From assembly GCA_002269645.1 (NCBI GenBank), contig NIVC01000434.1, positions 496,001 to 560,000 of the forward strand: 64,000 nucleotides of DNA, written 5' to 3'. Source of the stretch: Macrostomum lignano (Eukaryota). Within the stretch, counting starts at the first letter, position 1, and every line of letters starts with the position of its first letter. The position numbers and the translations under genes were made by a program. The notes below the pieces were generated by a model that was not told where the DNA came from, made no database searches, and saw only the letters and a list, made by a program, of their open reading frames with translations. Below are positions 24,273 to 38,556 of this stretch, in pieces.

Positions 24273-27200
24273 TCACCCGGTAAACTGCAGCTCCTTGAGG
24301 TCGCCAGTGTGCGTTGCCCGGAACCTGGCCAAATCTTTCCTAGTTACCAAGCCAACCACCTGGTTGCGGTGATCAATCACCACCAAGTGGCGCAGGCCCA
24401 GGCCGCGGAACAGGCGGAATATTCTAGCCAATGAGCAGGTGTGCAGCACCATGTAGGGCGCCGGGTTCATGTAGCGGCCAAGATCTACCGACTTCATCAG
24501 GTCCGCCTCGCTCAGCTGCAGCTGCCGAACCGAAGGGAAGCGCGGATAGACTCGCCGGAAATCCGACAGGCTCACGGGATTTGCCAGATGGAAGTTCGGA
24601 TCGCCATCGTCGAATAGGCGCATATCCAGCAGGCAGATGAGCTGGTTGCGGGTCACCAGGCCTTCGAATGTGCCGAATGTGCCCGGGCCGAGGTCACCAC
24701 TGACCACTGGGAAACCGTTGTGGGGCTCGGCACGGAGGATCTGCGGGTTGCAGGTGGGAAATACGGTAGGGAATCTGCGGGACTGCAGGCGGGGAATGCG
24801 GTAGGGAATCTGCGGGTTGCAGGCGGGGAATGCGGTAGGGAATCTGCGGGTTGCAGGTGGGAAATACGGTAGGGAATCTGCGGGACTGCAGGCGGGGAAT
24901 ACGGTAGGGAATCTGCGGGTTGCAGGCGGGGAATGCGGTAGGGAATCTGCGGGTTGCAGGTGGGGAATACGGTAGGGAATCTGCGGGTTGCAGGCGGGGA
25001 ATACGGTAGGGAATCTGCGGGTTGCAGGTGGGGAATGCGGTAGGGAATCTGCGGGTTGCAGGTGGGGAATGCGGTAGGGAATCAGCGGGACTGCAGGTGG
25101 GAAATACGGTAGGGAATCTGCGGGACTGCAGGCGGGGAATACGGTAGGGAATCTGCGGGTTGCAGGCGGGGAATGCGGTAGGGAATCTGCGGGTTGCAGG
25201 TGGGGAATACGGTAGGGAATCTGCGGGTTGCAGGCGGGAAATACGGTAGGGAATCTGCGGGTTGCAGGTTGGGAATGCGGTAGGGAATCTGCGGGTTGCA
25301 GGTGGGGAATGCGGTAGGGAATCAGCGGGACTGCAGGCGGGGAATACGGTAGGGAATCTGCGGGTTGCAGGCGGGGAATACGGTAGGGAATCTGCGGGTT
25401 GCAGGTGGGGAATGCGGTAGGGAATCTGCGGGTTGCAGGTGGGGAATGCGGTAGGGAATCAGCGGGACTGCAGGCGGGGAATACGGTAGGGAATCTGCGG
25501 GTTGCAGGTGGGGAATGCGATAAAAAATCTGGCGGTTGCAGGTGGGGAATGCGGTAAAAAATCTGCGGGTTGCAGGTGGGGAATGCGGTAGGGAATCTGC
25601 GGGTTGCAGGTGGGTAATGCGGTAGGGAATCTGCGGGTTGCAGGTGGGGAATGCGGTAAAAAATCTGCGGGTTGCAGGCGGGGAATACGGTAGGGAATCT
25701 GCGGGTTGCAGGTGGGGAATACGGTAGGGAATCTGCGGGTTGCATGTGGGGAATGCGGTAGGGAATCTGCGGGTTGCAGGTGGGGAATGCGGTAGGGAAT
25801 CTGCGGGATTGCAGCTTAAGCAATTTCGGAGTTCAGGCTGCAGGCTGGAAATTTCATATAGTAGATTTCATGTTATTCTATTCCATACCCTAGTCCCAGC
25901 GTTTATTGCAGGAAGAATTTTTTTCAGCTCTATCCATTATCATCTAACTCCAATCTATTGTTTCACTTAGCTAGCATTCCCTCTCTTCCATTATCCTATT
26001 CTTATTGCTTATTGTCCTCTGGAAATCGTTATCTTTCTGCAGCTTTTCCGGATATTTTTTACACGCGCATGTCAATCAATAACATTTTTTAAGGATTTAT
26101 AAAAAAACTTCTATTGTTGCTTTTAGAGATCAGCATCAACATCTCTGAGCATGATTAACTGAATGAAAATTAGCTATGTATTAGACTAGCATATCAGCAC
26201 CCTCTATTGATTCCTGGCATCTCAGCAACTCCCCCTTGAGTCCTGGCATCTCAAAAATCTTCTTGTTTTTGCATCTAAAGAAGATTTTTGAGATGCCAAG
26301 ATTCAATATAGTTTTTTTTTAGTTGGAGCGGCCCCAACTTTATATTTATGGTTAGGCATGTACACTTCACTGTGCCTTGGGGGTTGGCCCTCAAGGGCGT
26401 TAATTGCACGAGCAGAGCCAAGCCGAGATTCCAATTTAGCTCTGAATCAATGTGACTGCACTTGGAATAGAGCCTGGACTGCTGGCACATTAGAGTACCG
26501 CGCTAGACCACTGGGCTACGACACCCGTCTACAATACAAGCTCGTACCCATAACTTGCTGTCCCATACTGCTGCATTACCTCAACAATCCGACTGACTCT
26601 CTCCTGCCTGTACAGGCAAGTCACAGGCGATGACATCACGGCCTGGGCGGACACGGCTGCGGATCGACTAGGCGGCTCCCAGGGCAGCAGAGGCACCGAG
26701 GCCAGTTCAATATGCATATCGTAGATACCAGTCCCAAAATAGTCGCCAACCCATTTGGCTACCATAAGTACAACCATAATTGGCAAGCCGAACAGTACAT
26801 TGCCAGTAGCCTCAATTAGAATAACGGACAAAGAGATGGTCATACGGACAATGCCGCCTAGCTGAGCGGCCGCGCCAATCAGAGCAAACTTGCCAGGATC
26901 AGTGAAATGGGTTGGGAATAGCAGGTTAAGCCCAATGCCAACTCCGCGACCCCAAGCGGCTCCGATGAGCAGACTGGGAATGAACAGGCCGCTAGGCACC
27001 ATGACTCCGTAGGTCCACGTGGCTATGAGCAGGTAAGGCAGGCAGAAAGCTATCAAACCAGTGACGGAATAGGTGCCAACGGGATCGTGGAGCAAAGATC
27101 TAACAGCAGCTTCTGGTGTTTGGAATAACAATGCAGCCATTGAGCTGAACTTGCCATCTGGGCAGTACATTTGCACCGGATATTCCATCTGATCGCTGCC

Positions 27201-30127
27201 CAACGGCTGACAGCTGCGAACTGTGTAGATTAACACGAAGCTTGTAACGGCAGTGATGGAGGCTACCAGAACTGCTTCAGTCAGCTGGCCCAGTTTGCTA
27301 GTGACGTACCGATGCCTAAACTTAGTCAGGTGCTCATTCAGCGTATTGAACAGAGCACCTGACAGGCCGCCAACAACTCCCATGCAGGCAAAGATGGCCA
27401 GGTGCAATAAATCATAATCTAGCTTGTCAAATTTGCCGAAACTAATCAGGCCGGGATTGCTCAAATCGTTCGGTATGCCACGATAGAAGCCGAGCAGGAA
27501 GGCCAGGGTGAACGATGACGTCATTGAGGAGAAGAAGATGCGCCAGGTGAGACCCTGATTCCAAAAGCTGGCGCCTTCCTCCAAAGCGAATAGGACACCC
27601 CCGACGGGGGCGCCGAACGCGGCCGCAACGCCTGCGGCGGCGCCACCGCTGACAAAGTCCCGCTTCTCAGCGTCGGTTCGAAAGTACTCAAAAATGCCGA
27701 GATCGAATTTGAACGAAGCGGCCCGACCCTGGCTAAGACCGGCACCGACAACGCTGCCGGAGTGAATCATTGGGCCTTCTTTGCCCACGGCTAGGCCGCC
27801 AACTACGGAGAATAGGACGCCGAGTACTTTGCAGACTAGAGTGCGCAGGCGAACAACTCGCGGCACCTGGATGGCAATTGGGGATAGGGATTATGCATAT
27901 CCTTATTACCGTACTTAGTTTTCAAGAAAATTCTAGAATAAGCAGAGGTCCGTCGAGACGAGAGATTTGAACAGACGGGAGAGATAGGGAGTTGACTAAT
28001 TGCTCAATAAGAACCCTGACAGATTTGCTCATTTCTACTTACAACTGATATTTCTACAAGGGGCGTCCAAAAAGTGGTGGGAATTTTCAACTTAACTCAT
28101 AGTTGGATTCAGATAGATGAATGGGCCTGACGTTAATTGAAAGCGGCTTCATATATCTATAACAGTTTGTTTAATTTTGTAAATATCTACGGGCATTCAG
28201 AAGTTATGTCCAATATAGTACCGTGCCCATGGGTATAGCTTACAGAAACTAAAAAACAGGTATATTCCGAAAAAACAAAGCATGACAATCAATCTTTAAG
28301 AGCATATCATTGACGTTCTTCTTAACATGAGAGTCAAAGTCGCGCTCAAATATCCTTGTCGTTGAGGATGGAAACCTTCTCCACGTAGTCACCGTTGCAG
28401 TTGACGCATTTCTCCCAGCGAATGACCAATGAATCAATGGCATGCGCGTACTGCTCCTTGGGAATCGCATAAACAAGGAGGCGCCGAACCTCTTCTTCAA
28501 GGCAGTGACGATTGGCGTAGACTCTTAGCAGCTCCTTCAGCCTCGGTAAAGACAAAAATTTGCTGGCGAGCAAGGTGGATGAGGCAGGAGTTCAAACTTC
28601 ATGCGTCGAATTGCCTCCAGTGTCCTTGAAGCCGTGTGTGGTCGGGCGTTGTCATGGTGGAGCACAAGGACCATTAGGAACACTTCGTTATAGTCTAGTC
28701 TAGTCTAGTTCGTCTAGTCTAGTAGTCCTTGGTGCAGCATCGGCGGGTTGATTAAAGTCATTTTCTGTAATCTATACCCAGGGTCACAGTACTAGATTGG
28801 ACAGAACTTCTGAATGCCCGTAGATATTTACAAAATTCAAAAACTATGTTATAGATAGCTGAAGCCGCTTTCATTTAACGTCAACGTCATTCATCTAGAC
28901 ACCCCTAGTATTTGGGCCTAAACTAAATCAAAGCTCTACGAGCGCAATATAGCAAACAGAAACGAATCGTTAACCTTCGCGTGTCATTAATGTAATTTGT
29001 TACATCCTTGAGAATAGACATTAATACAGTCTGTCTATGCACAAGAGTCAAATGACTGCCATAATGACTGTCTAATGAACACCATCTTCTCTTAATGGAT
29101 TTCAGAGCTTGGTATACAATTACAAATAATATCTAAAACAAAATAATTCCTACCTGAATTCCATTAAGGAAGCACTTGATCTGCGGAATGCCGCTGCCAG
29201 CAGCTACGGGCTCGCCAAACACTGTCAAACAGCTGGCGATTAAAACAAATATAAAATTGAATGCAATCCACAATAATAGCGCATAGATTAGGCAGTCGTG
29301 AAAAATGCACCGGTCTAACATGCTCTTCATGTATCGATACTTTACTTTGGCCAGCTGTTCGATGCACACATCGATAAAGAATGCGATTGCACCTGTGACA
29401 ACTCCAATTAACAGGTGAACTAGCCAACGGCACAACTCAATTCGGCGCAGATCCCACACAGTTCGGGATTGATCCTCAGCTGCCCACAGGGAGTTCTCGC
29501 ACGTGTCATAGTCCAGGGATTCGAACTTGGCGCTGAGCAGCTCCTCGCCGCTGACCGCGTGCTGAGATTCGAAGTACCACTCGCCTGAGTTGTCCACTAG
29601 GCGCTGACGCTCCGTACCCTGCATTTGAGCATGCGAAATATATACAAGTGTTTACAACTGGTGCAACACATATCGGTATGCACAAAAGTGGGCTGAAACT
29701 CGATATACATCTGCCTAAAATCCCTTATGACATCAAGGAAATAAGAATGAGTAATGCAACATCCCGGATATAGGGACTGTAATCCCCAAAATGAGAGCAT
29801 TAGAACTGCCATACAACAGAGCCAAAGTCCTACCTCAACGGTTACATCTGGGGCATAGCTGACACAGTCAACATCGGATTCGATTCTCAATCGAGCCTGA
29901 TGCAGGGCCGAAGCTCTAATTGAACCATAGTCGCTGGTAGCTCTGGGCCTGCTCGATGAAGCTGCAGGGACACCCGCAGCAGCAGCAGCAGAAGCCGCAG
30001 TTCCAGCAGGATTGTTCAGCTGACGATGCCGAACCTGATGCTGCTGAGGTGCTCCGCCAGTGAGGCTGCCAAACGGAACCTGGGACGGTCTGCCGTACTG
30101 AACAGAGCCGAGATTCTCATCTGACAT
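24273..30127 (-). CDS. CLCN7: H+/Cl- exchange transporter CLC-7-like, about 837 aa; exons 30127-29834, 29618-29154, 27866-26580, 24740-24273
   Basis: ESLDYD; [13 protein letters not shown]; GKEGPMIH (gating Glu); EEGASFW; GLFIPSLL; CBS domains HNGFPVV...FRGLGLRHL...GLVTRKDL. All introns are phase-0 GT-AG. Confidence 0.95.
24741..25812. repeat. About 34-bp GC-rich minisatellite (about 31 copies) in the last CLCN7 intron, abutting the final exon
   Basis: GGGAATCTGCGGGTTGCAGGTGGGGAATGCGGTA repeated; the terminal unit supplies the functional acceptor. Confidence 0.96.
28055..28910 (-). mobile_element. Mariner-family deletion derivative with about 200-bp inverted repeats and a C-terminal transposase remnant, in CLCN7 intron 2
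   Basis: TA at both ends. Long inverted repeats (GAAAGCGGCTTC...TATCTACGGGCATTCAGAAGTT). The minus strand reads [10 protein letters not shown]...LLPHPPCSP...[22 protein letters not shown] with frameshift and stop. Confidence 0.88.
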
Positions 30128-30454
30128 TTCCAACACAGATTTAGACTTGAGAATTCTCTAACAAGAGAGCTCGCTTTCGATTCCTTCTTTCAGAATTTAA
30201 AGTAGAAGAATATTTTACTGAAACAAATAAAGGATGACAAAGGATTAGTCCAAATATTTCTTATTCAGGTATGCTAGTGACAACCTGATTCTTCAGAGAG
30301 GTTTATAGCTCGTAAAGGGTAAAGATAGAACTTCATTAATTGCCAATAAGAACCCAATAGATTAGCTTATTTCCATACATATTGCAATATTTATGCCTAA
30401 TTAAACACTTCAATGCCACTTTTATAGGATGGGACACGCTGTAAATAGGTTTAC

Positions 30455-30875
30455 GCCATTTGACTGCCACTATTTAACTGAAAGCTATTTGACTGCCACT
30501 ATTTCACTGAAGGCCATTAGACTGCCACTATTTCACTGAAGGCCATTTGACTGCCACTATTTCACTGAAGGCCATTAGACTGCCACTATTTCACTGAAGG
30601 CCATTAGACTGCCACTATTTCACTGAAAGCCATTAGACTGCCACTATTTCACTGAAAGCTATTTGACTGCCACTATTTCACTGAAGGCCATTTGACTGCC
30701 ACTATTTCACTGAAAGCCATTTGACTGCCACTATTTCACTGAAGGCCATTAGACTGCCACTATTTCACTGAAGGCCATTTGACTGCCACTATTTCACTGA
30801 AAGCCATTTGACTGCCACTATTTCACTGAAGGCCATTTGACTGCCACTATTTCACTGAAGGTGATTTGACTGCCA
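30455..30875. repeat. 29-bp minisatellite GACTGCCACTATTTCACTGAAGGCCATTT (about 14 copies) between WDR70 and CLCN7
   Basis: Direct reading. Confidence 0.95.
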
Positions 30876-31494
30876 TTATTTGTCAGTCAAAATGCCAATC
30901 AAAATGCAAAATTGAGGCTGGAGATCTTAGACTGGTAATGGGTACGCACTTTGAGGTTGAAAATTATTATGCAGCAAATTATTATTAGTTTCCAATCCTA
31001 CACAGATGAGCAGACTAAAAAATAAATTTTAAAGCACAACAATAATTAGAATGCTCTAGTATTTATTATTTTACCGGCATATTTCACTGAATTTGCGTAA
31101 TTTTAAACAGCCAGTTTATAATGGAACTGAAAATTTAACGAGAACAAAGACCAATAAGATTAGCGAGTAAAAATGCACTTTAAAGTTAAGCAAGCAATAC
31201 ACAGTACTATTTACAAGACACATATACTACAAATGTTCATAATAAAGTATTAATTTTCGGCTTACACATTTAAACGTTCTACTCAAAGAAAGCATTTAAA
31301 ATAATAAACCCTAACGAGGTCTTAGACATAGTGGCCTTTAACTGAATTCCGGTAACTAGATTCTTGATTTGCTTCAATTTTCGTAGTTCAGGCATTGAGG
31401 CATTTACGTATGCTATAAAGGTAACTCCCACTCTTTACCACAGCATCACGATTTTGATTAGAAATCCTCAGGTAGGGAAAACAGGTGCTCAAAA

Positions 31495-34400
31495 TTACGC
31501 AAGCCGAGGCTTCTTGGCCTCATCGGAACCGGAAGCGCCGCCCTGATTGTCCTCGCTGGCCTCATCCGGAGTGTCCTGAAACACTGGCACAGGCTGGGTC
31601 TTGGCGTACACCCCTGTCCACATGGGATTGCGCTGAGCCTCTTCATTGTGCCGCAGAATGGCGCCTCGGATATCCTTATCAGCGGGGTCGTCCCCGCGCT
31701 TGCGCACCATCTGCTGCAGCATGTACTGGTGCAGGGTGCCGCCCTTCTGGCCCAGTTTGCCGCCGTAGCCTGGGCCGCTGAGAGGCGCCTCGGCCTGGTG
31801 GAGCTTGCGCTGACCCTTGGCCAGGCTGTTGGCAGACTCCAGCTCGTAGAATTTCGATTTTCGCTTGCCTTGGCGAACCTAAATATCGTAGTGGCGTTGG
31901 AGTTCTTGGTTGCCATGGAAACTGAGATTCTATTGGATAACGAAAAGATACTTAACTAGAACTTTTGCCCTGCTTAGATATATGAGTTAATACTAGTAAT
32001 GCCAAACATGATAAATATCAGCAGTACTAAAATATAGCTTTCTAACCTGTCGCATAGTTTCCTCATCGTAGGTCAGCAGACTCTCTCGTACATAGCCGCC
32101 TTTGTAAGCCAGCAGATCCTGGTCTAGGCCTCGCTTAGCAGGCCGTGTTGAGCACAGTCTGGCACCGTTAACGCTTCGCTTCTCGTCAAATAGAACGCAA
32201 ACTTTACCATTGGCCGTGCTCAATAACAGCTGGTTGATCTTGGCGTGCCATAGACAGCGGATAACTCCGGAATCGAAATTACAGGTGAGCACATCGGCTG
32301 CCGACTCAGATGAAGCTGACCCAGATGATGATGAAGATATGGCAGCTCTATCGAAGAAGACTAGCTGGCCTGGTGAGCGGCCGTCTTTTTCGCAGATTTT
32401 TGCCGGCGCTGTGAATAAGAAATCAAAGGGAAATAGTTATTAATAATTAACTAACATAAGCCACATGCTAATTTTAAAAAATTCTCCATAGAACGCCAAA
32501 GAGGAATTACTAGTTAGGAGAAAGTGGATTAATGCGACTGAATTTCATCAGCAAACCTAGCTATAGGACACGAATTTGTTTGTGCTTTGTTTTTAATTAG
32601 GACGAGCAAATTTCCCGAGAGAGAACAGTGGAAACAAATTCAATTTAACAAAAAATTTGATGAAAACAAAGCCTAATTTGATAGCAGACTTAATGCCACA
32701 CGACACCTAAAATACGATATATAAAAGAGTGGTAACCCTAGCACCTTTGCCAGTCCATAAAAACAATATTGTTTCCATATTCTCACGCTCCAGCACATCC
32801 CATAATTCATTTCAATGCAAGCACAGCAGCACAAAAGATTGCCAGCAAGGCATATTTACACAGACTGGGACTGCTCTATAATAAAGCAGACAAACCTACA
32901 GAAGCGCTGAACTGTACCGACATCACTGCCGATGCGGAAGATTCAAACCGGCAAGGCCGAGCATTTATTTAATACAGAGAGTGAGGCCAAACACACAGCT
33001 AATCGAATTTCAGAATGCGCCGCTCCAGCCATGCATTAAGCATTATTGATCTGCACTATGAATAGAACTACAGCCTGCAGTGCTGTAAGACAAAAGAGTT
33101 ACATTAATAGAAATGCAGCAAGGTTAAGCAATGCATTTCTTAAAAGCATTTAATTGGCTAGGGACCCTGTCACAATCTTACAGTTTCAAATCATCGAAAA
33201 TTTTACTAGTCACTAGTCCTGACGATGTGAAATTTTGAGCTAATTAACACATTTTCACCCAACTAAAATATCATCATTCTAGCTAAGTTTCAAACAGTGA
33301 ATTTTTTGCAATAAATATAAGCATTCAATCTTAGATAATCAAATCTGAAAACGAAAAACCAGGACCTGTTGGCAAAATCCTTAGATAAAATGTTTGTCTG
33401 GCTTGTTTTACGTCCGAACTGCACTACTTCCTGGCATGGTGAGCAGTAGTAATGAAGAAATAAGTTTAGCTAAGCATGCAAGTCTTACCCGAAGTAGCCG
33501 TGAAAAACAGCCGATCGTTGGGCGCAAATCCGCAAGCCGTTTGCTCAAACTGAGTGCTCAAATCTTGGCGTACAAATAGCGGCTTGTTGATTTGCCGAAT
33601 GTCCCACAGTTTCAGTGTGTCGTCCATACTTCGGCTCAACAGACAGAGTCCATCGTACGAGAAGGCCAGACAGGTAACCGTATCGGCCCCGTGCGCTCGC
33701 TGCACCAGGTGGCAGGTGTTAATAAAACGCCTGCGCCGATCCCAGGCCTGGATTGAGCCGTCAATGCAGCCAGCGAATACTTGGTTGCCGTCTGGGGAGT
33801 AGGCGCAGGCTGAGGGCACCACGGCGCGGCCCTGAGCACTCTTGGGCACAATCACTTCTTTGCTGCTCTTCAGGCGGGTCTGTAATTACAGCAGCAATAT
33901 CTTATATAGAGTGGGGCTGTACAGGTGCAATACAATAACTAGAGGTCTTACAAATCTTAAAAATTGCTTTTGCTTATTGCTTTGTTCTGCATTTTGATTG
34001 GCCATAAACCACTCAGTTCAACAACCAAAAGACTCACCTCCTGCAGCATCTTTTCCGTATTATTAGCGTCCCACAATCGCAGAGAATTATCCATGCCGCA
34101 GGTGGCAAACTCGGCGCCATCTCGGGGATGCCAGGCAGCATTGAGCAGTGCATGAGTATGCCCTGGCGTACTGCGCGGATTGCTGATATACTGGTAGCCT
34201 TTTACCGATTCGGCTATCAGCTTGCCCTCTCGGCCGTACAGTCGCAGCTGGGCAGAGCCAGAGGCCACCAGCACGCAGTCGCTAGTAGCATTGAAGCCAA
34301 CATAGCGAATCTGGTGCGAGCCGCATGGCTGGTCCAACACTTTGAACGGTCGGCAGGCCGAGTCCATGCCGGCAAAATTCCAATAGCGCACGCTGAAATC

Positions 34401-36034
34401 TGATCCGCCAGATACTACTCGAGCTCCGGACGCGTCCAGGCCCAGCGCTACCACCGGCTTACCGCTGCGGTGATCCAGGTTAATCTGGCTAGTCCGGGGC
34501 ACGAATCTGTGCTGCTGCGCCTGAGAATCCGGCCCGACTTCATCAGCATCGCTGGCTTCATCATCTTCATCCGTGTCAGCATCATCTTTAGCAGCTTTCG
34601 TATCCTCGTCAGGACTCTGAAATGAATAAAACCAGTTTATTTTAATCTTAGCAGGCTGCTTGCCTTACCCAGTAAAGGCAACTGTGCGAGTACAAATCTG
34701 ATGCACTAAAATAGAATTTAAGCTGATTAACAGTCTTTAGGCATCTTGACCGGGGTATACATTAGCACTATGAAAATTTAGCTAATATTAAGTTCTTAGT
34801 CCATTACTCGATTTATAAGTTGCTATTTTAAAACAACAATTAGCAGTGATGATTACACACCTGTTCAGTATCACCATCATCATTATCAGCGGCAGCAACA
34901 GGTTCAGTTGAACCAGCAGCCTTGAAGCCATCAGGTATAGCTGGACCAACCCACTCTGCCCTATCACCGTCATTGTCGCTATCTGCCTTGCTCTTTTTCT
35001 TCTTGTGTTTCTTTTTCTTCTTGTCTTTCTTTGACTTCTTCTTATCTGCTTCTGCTGCTTTCAGATTGTCGTCAGCACTGACCGGCGGAGGAAGACTCGG
35101 GCCAATGAGTGCAGACCGAGCCGAATCTTCTGAACCGTCTTGCTGTCGCTGCTGATTTCGCTCCCTGTGTAAATTCAAGGATGAAATGGTTTTCATCGTA
35201 TATCATTCTAGTCTGGCAGCAAGTTGCCTTAAAGTCAGCTGTTGAAACTGGATGTCTGATTACTGAGATTTCTAATTGATCGAATATATCAAACTCTGGA
35301 TTATTTGACTAATGACAAAACTAGGAAAAACTAATTGTAGTGATGCACTTTTCAAACTAATAGAAGTGTTAAACAGGTATTTAGTAGCATTAGTTAGATG
35401 ATGAGGTCTTTAAGTATGTTACAGGTGGTTATAGTTACTCCCACTGTTTACCCACAGCACAAGCTTTTATAGCCGTTATAAAAAGGTTTTGTTTTTTAAT
35501 TTTTTCGCATTCCAATTCGGCTAGAAATCACTTAATTCTATAAAAATGATTTCATATTTGGCTTATGCCATACCCAAAAAAAGTTAGGCTAAATATGAGC
35601 TGATCTGTAAGGTTTTTTGAAGCAATTAAGCAGGTTCCATAGACGAGTACTCTATATTGTATTGATGTATTAAAATTATTCTCGTCTCTAGGGCAATAAT
35701 ATCACTTTGGAAGTTCCTCGCCGAGCCTTCTGTATAATTAATTCTTAGTACCAGCTACATTATCATTTAACAAATTGAAATTATGAAGTTATTACCTAGC
35801 CAATCGCAATGAATCCTCAAACACTTTCATGTAGTCGGTTGGTAACTCTTTGTCTTTCGCTTTGCCCTGGCTTTTCTTTGCTTCATTAGATGCAGATGGT
35901 GTTGGTAGCTTTCCAGCCTTTCCGAAGCTTGCAAATCCCATTATGGCAGCTATATCTGAACCGTCTGGGTCATTGTTTGAAATGTCTTGTCCTTGGGCCG
36001 ATGTTGATGGCGAATGCATTGGTGGCGAAGACAT
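31495..36034 (-). CDS. WDR70: WD repeat-containing protein 70 (GAD-1-like), about 750 aa; exons 36034-35796, 35164-34861, 34616-34038, 33879-33489, 32408-32047, 31878-31495
   Basis: IAAIMGFASFGK; VRYWNFAGMD; VKGYQYI...GHT; LLSRSMDDTLKLWDIR; GQLVFFDR; GPGYGGKLGQKGGTLHQY...AILRH...KTQP. All five introns are GT-AG and phase-consistent. Confidence 0.93.
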
Positions 36035-38410
36035 TGTCAGTGCAGCATGCAATATTATGCAAAGTGCCTAGCAGTGAAGATTTTCATAAATCAGACCAGA
36101 TAAATATTAATAAGCAAATACATCAAAAATTAAAAACAGTTTAAGATAAACTAAAGGCAAAAAATGTTGAAACATCTTATCTAGGGGTATATAGCCTTTA
36201 AGGTTTTTAAAATATGTGCAAAAACGTTATTTTTCATAAGTTGACAATATCTAGATTGAATGGCATTCTTTTTGATGTTTACTTCTATATGATCTAAAGT
36301 TCACAATAAATAAAGCACATTCTTGTCATAATAAAAAAGCTCATAAGAACTACATTAATTTTACTTATTTCAAGTTAAATCTAATCAAACACTCTTTTCA
36401 AGGCCTAAACTTTAAAAGACTGAAAATTTTACACTGCTATTTCTAAAAAGATCTTTGTAAAAGTTTATATAACTAAACCTTTCTCATATTTGAATTATAA
36501 AGTAAAACCTTTTTGTCTTGTAAGTAGAGATGGGACAAATACTTGGAATTGAATTGAATCAACCAAATATTCAGTCCAAATTGGAAAGTTGACAATTAAC
36601 CAAATAATTGCTTTGCTGTGGAATGAATATTTGGATAAGTTAAGAGTAAAGTATTGATATTGTGACTTATAAATCAAGGGAAGGAATTAGGGATAGTTGT
36701 GCTCTGAGGAAAGGCAGGGGGATTAGAAGTGTAATAATTGAGTATGTTATGTTAAGATTTGAGGCTTTAGGAGGAGTGAAGGGCTGAGAAGTTTGAGTTT
36801 GAAGAATTCTAGGGGTTATGGGCTTGTGGCTCATAAATGAGGGCAGAGAATTAAGGATAGGACAACACAAGGATAGGCAATTTCCAGTAGTTTGCATTAT
36901 ATGCAGACTGCTAAGTCTATCACTAGATTCCATTGTGGCACCTGAAAATGTTATATGGCCTCTAAATTATTTGGATTGCTATTTTAGCTATTCATAGTGC
37001 ACAAATATCCATGCAGTCAAGAGGAGAGTAGAAATGAAAAGTAGGAAGGAATGCTAGCTAATATTAATAAGGTTCAAGGCAAAGGAGATGGGGTTGGGGG
37101 TTAAAAGAATTGGGGGATAAGGGGAGGGGAGATAAGGAAGGGGAGAAGAAGCATATGGCCTGCATACCCTAAGCCAATTGTTAATGTGCCTACTGCCCAT
37201 AGAAGGTTGGGGATCCCTGTTCTAGTATAATTGTTTTTTTTAATATTGCATTAACAAAGTAAGCTCAATATGAAATAAAGACTAACTATTATGCATAGGG
37301 TAGGCTTTATGACATTAGACATTGGATCAAACTACATTTCCATTGAATTAGGCAGATGGTTAAAAAATTGAGCATTATACCAATGTATTTTTTTGATACA
37401 CTTTGCTTTTGATTGAGTCCCACAGTAGACAATGGTAGAATCAAGAAAGTTTAGTTTTATTACCAATCTCAGCCATGAAACTGATGTTGGGATATATGGA
37501 ATTGATCAGATCTACTATACCACTTGTGTGGCAAAACATGTTGCTAAACTAAAATATATGTTTACAATATCCTATTAGATATAGCTTATAATGATAAAGT
37601 TGTTTTTACTACTAAAAGGATATTATTCACTGAAATATTCCTATTTGATATTTGAATAGGTTTTGTTAAATATATAAATTAAATTGAATTGGTTTAAAAT
37701 TTTCATTTTGTCCTATCTCTACTTGTAACTGTGAAGACTTTCTTATTTCTTCACATGACTGCTTATAAGTTTCATCATACATATGCACCCATTTGATTTA
37801 CACTTGCTATGCAACTTACTTTTTGACCAAAAATGTGACTTACCTATGAAAGAAACCTTCAAGCAAAATTAATATAATTTTGGATAAATAGCAGGAGTAA
37901 CTATGGCTGTCTTATTGAGGCTAAATGCCTTATCATCTAATTAGTACTATTTCTATATTCTTTTGGATGGGTATTTTTGCAACTTATCCTTGGTCTACTA
38001 CAATTTATAGTGGCCAGATCAGCTAGGTCAGCCAGCAGTTGTTCATATATGAGTTTTACTTCCATTTACATATATTTCTACCATTTAAATGATTGTAAAT
38101 CAAAGTAGATACATAGGATCATTGTCATTTCCAAAACTGGAATAAGCCCAGTTTAATTATTTTTGCTTTTTTGAGCAAGCCATGATCACTGAAAAGAAAT
38201 TATATAGGGATCATAAACTGAAATGCAGGTAAAAAATGATCATAAACCAAAGGAATGCCTTTATCTTTGGGCTAAAATTCAATTGGGAAATTTTGGGCAG
38301 TTTGGAAATAAATTGCAAAACATTGTGTAGCCTAGAAAAAACATCACACACTTGTACAATTAGCAAAAAATGCATTAAAAATGCAAATTATTTTGTGACC
38401 ATGATTGAAC

Positions 38411-38556
38411 GCAACCTAGGGATTCACCCAGCCATTTCTATTGGCAACACATGTAAGTCACTATTGGACAGAATAGTAGTCACATGACTGCTTTCAGCCA
38501 ATAGTGACTTATGTGTGTGTTGCCAATAGAAATAGCCAAGTGATTCCTAAGGTTGT
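38411..38556. mobile_element. Palindromic MITE-like repeat of about 150 bp, copy 1
   Basis: CAACCTAGGGATTCAC...CATTTCTATTGGCAACAC...TGTTGCCAATAGAAAT...GTGATTCCTAAGGTTG; near-perfect hairpin; related to 40419 and 57333. Confidence 0.8.

Noticed and set aside
24741-25823. 516-aa ORF as a stand-alone gene
   Set aside because: Only 24273-24740 is the CLCN7 terminal exon; the rest is the intronic repeat (possible partial inclusion is listed as a finding).
36667-36933. Possible LINE endonuclease N-terminus
   Set aside because: Only a vague resemblance, with no conserved APE catalytic motifs.
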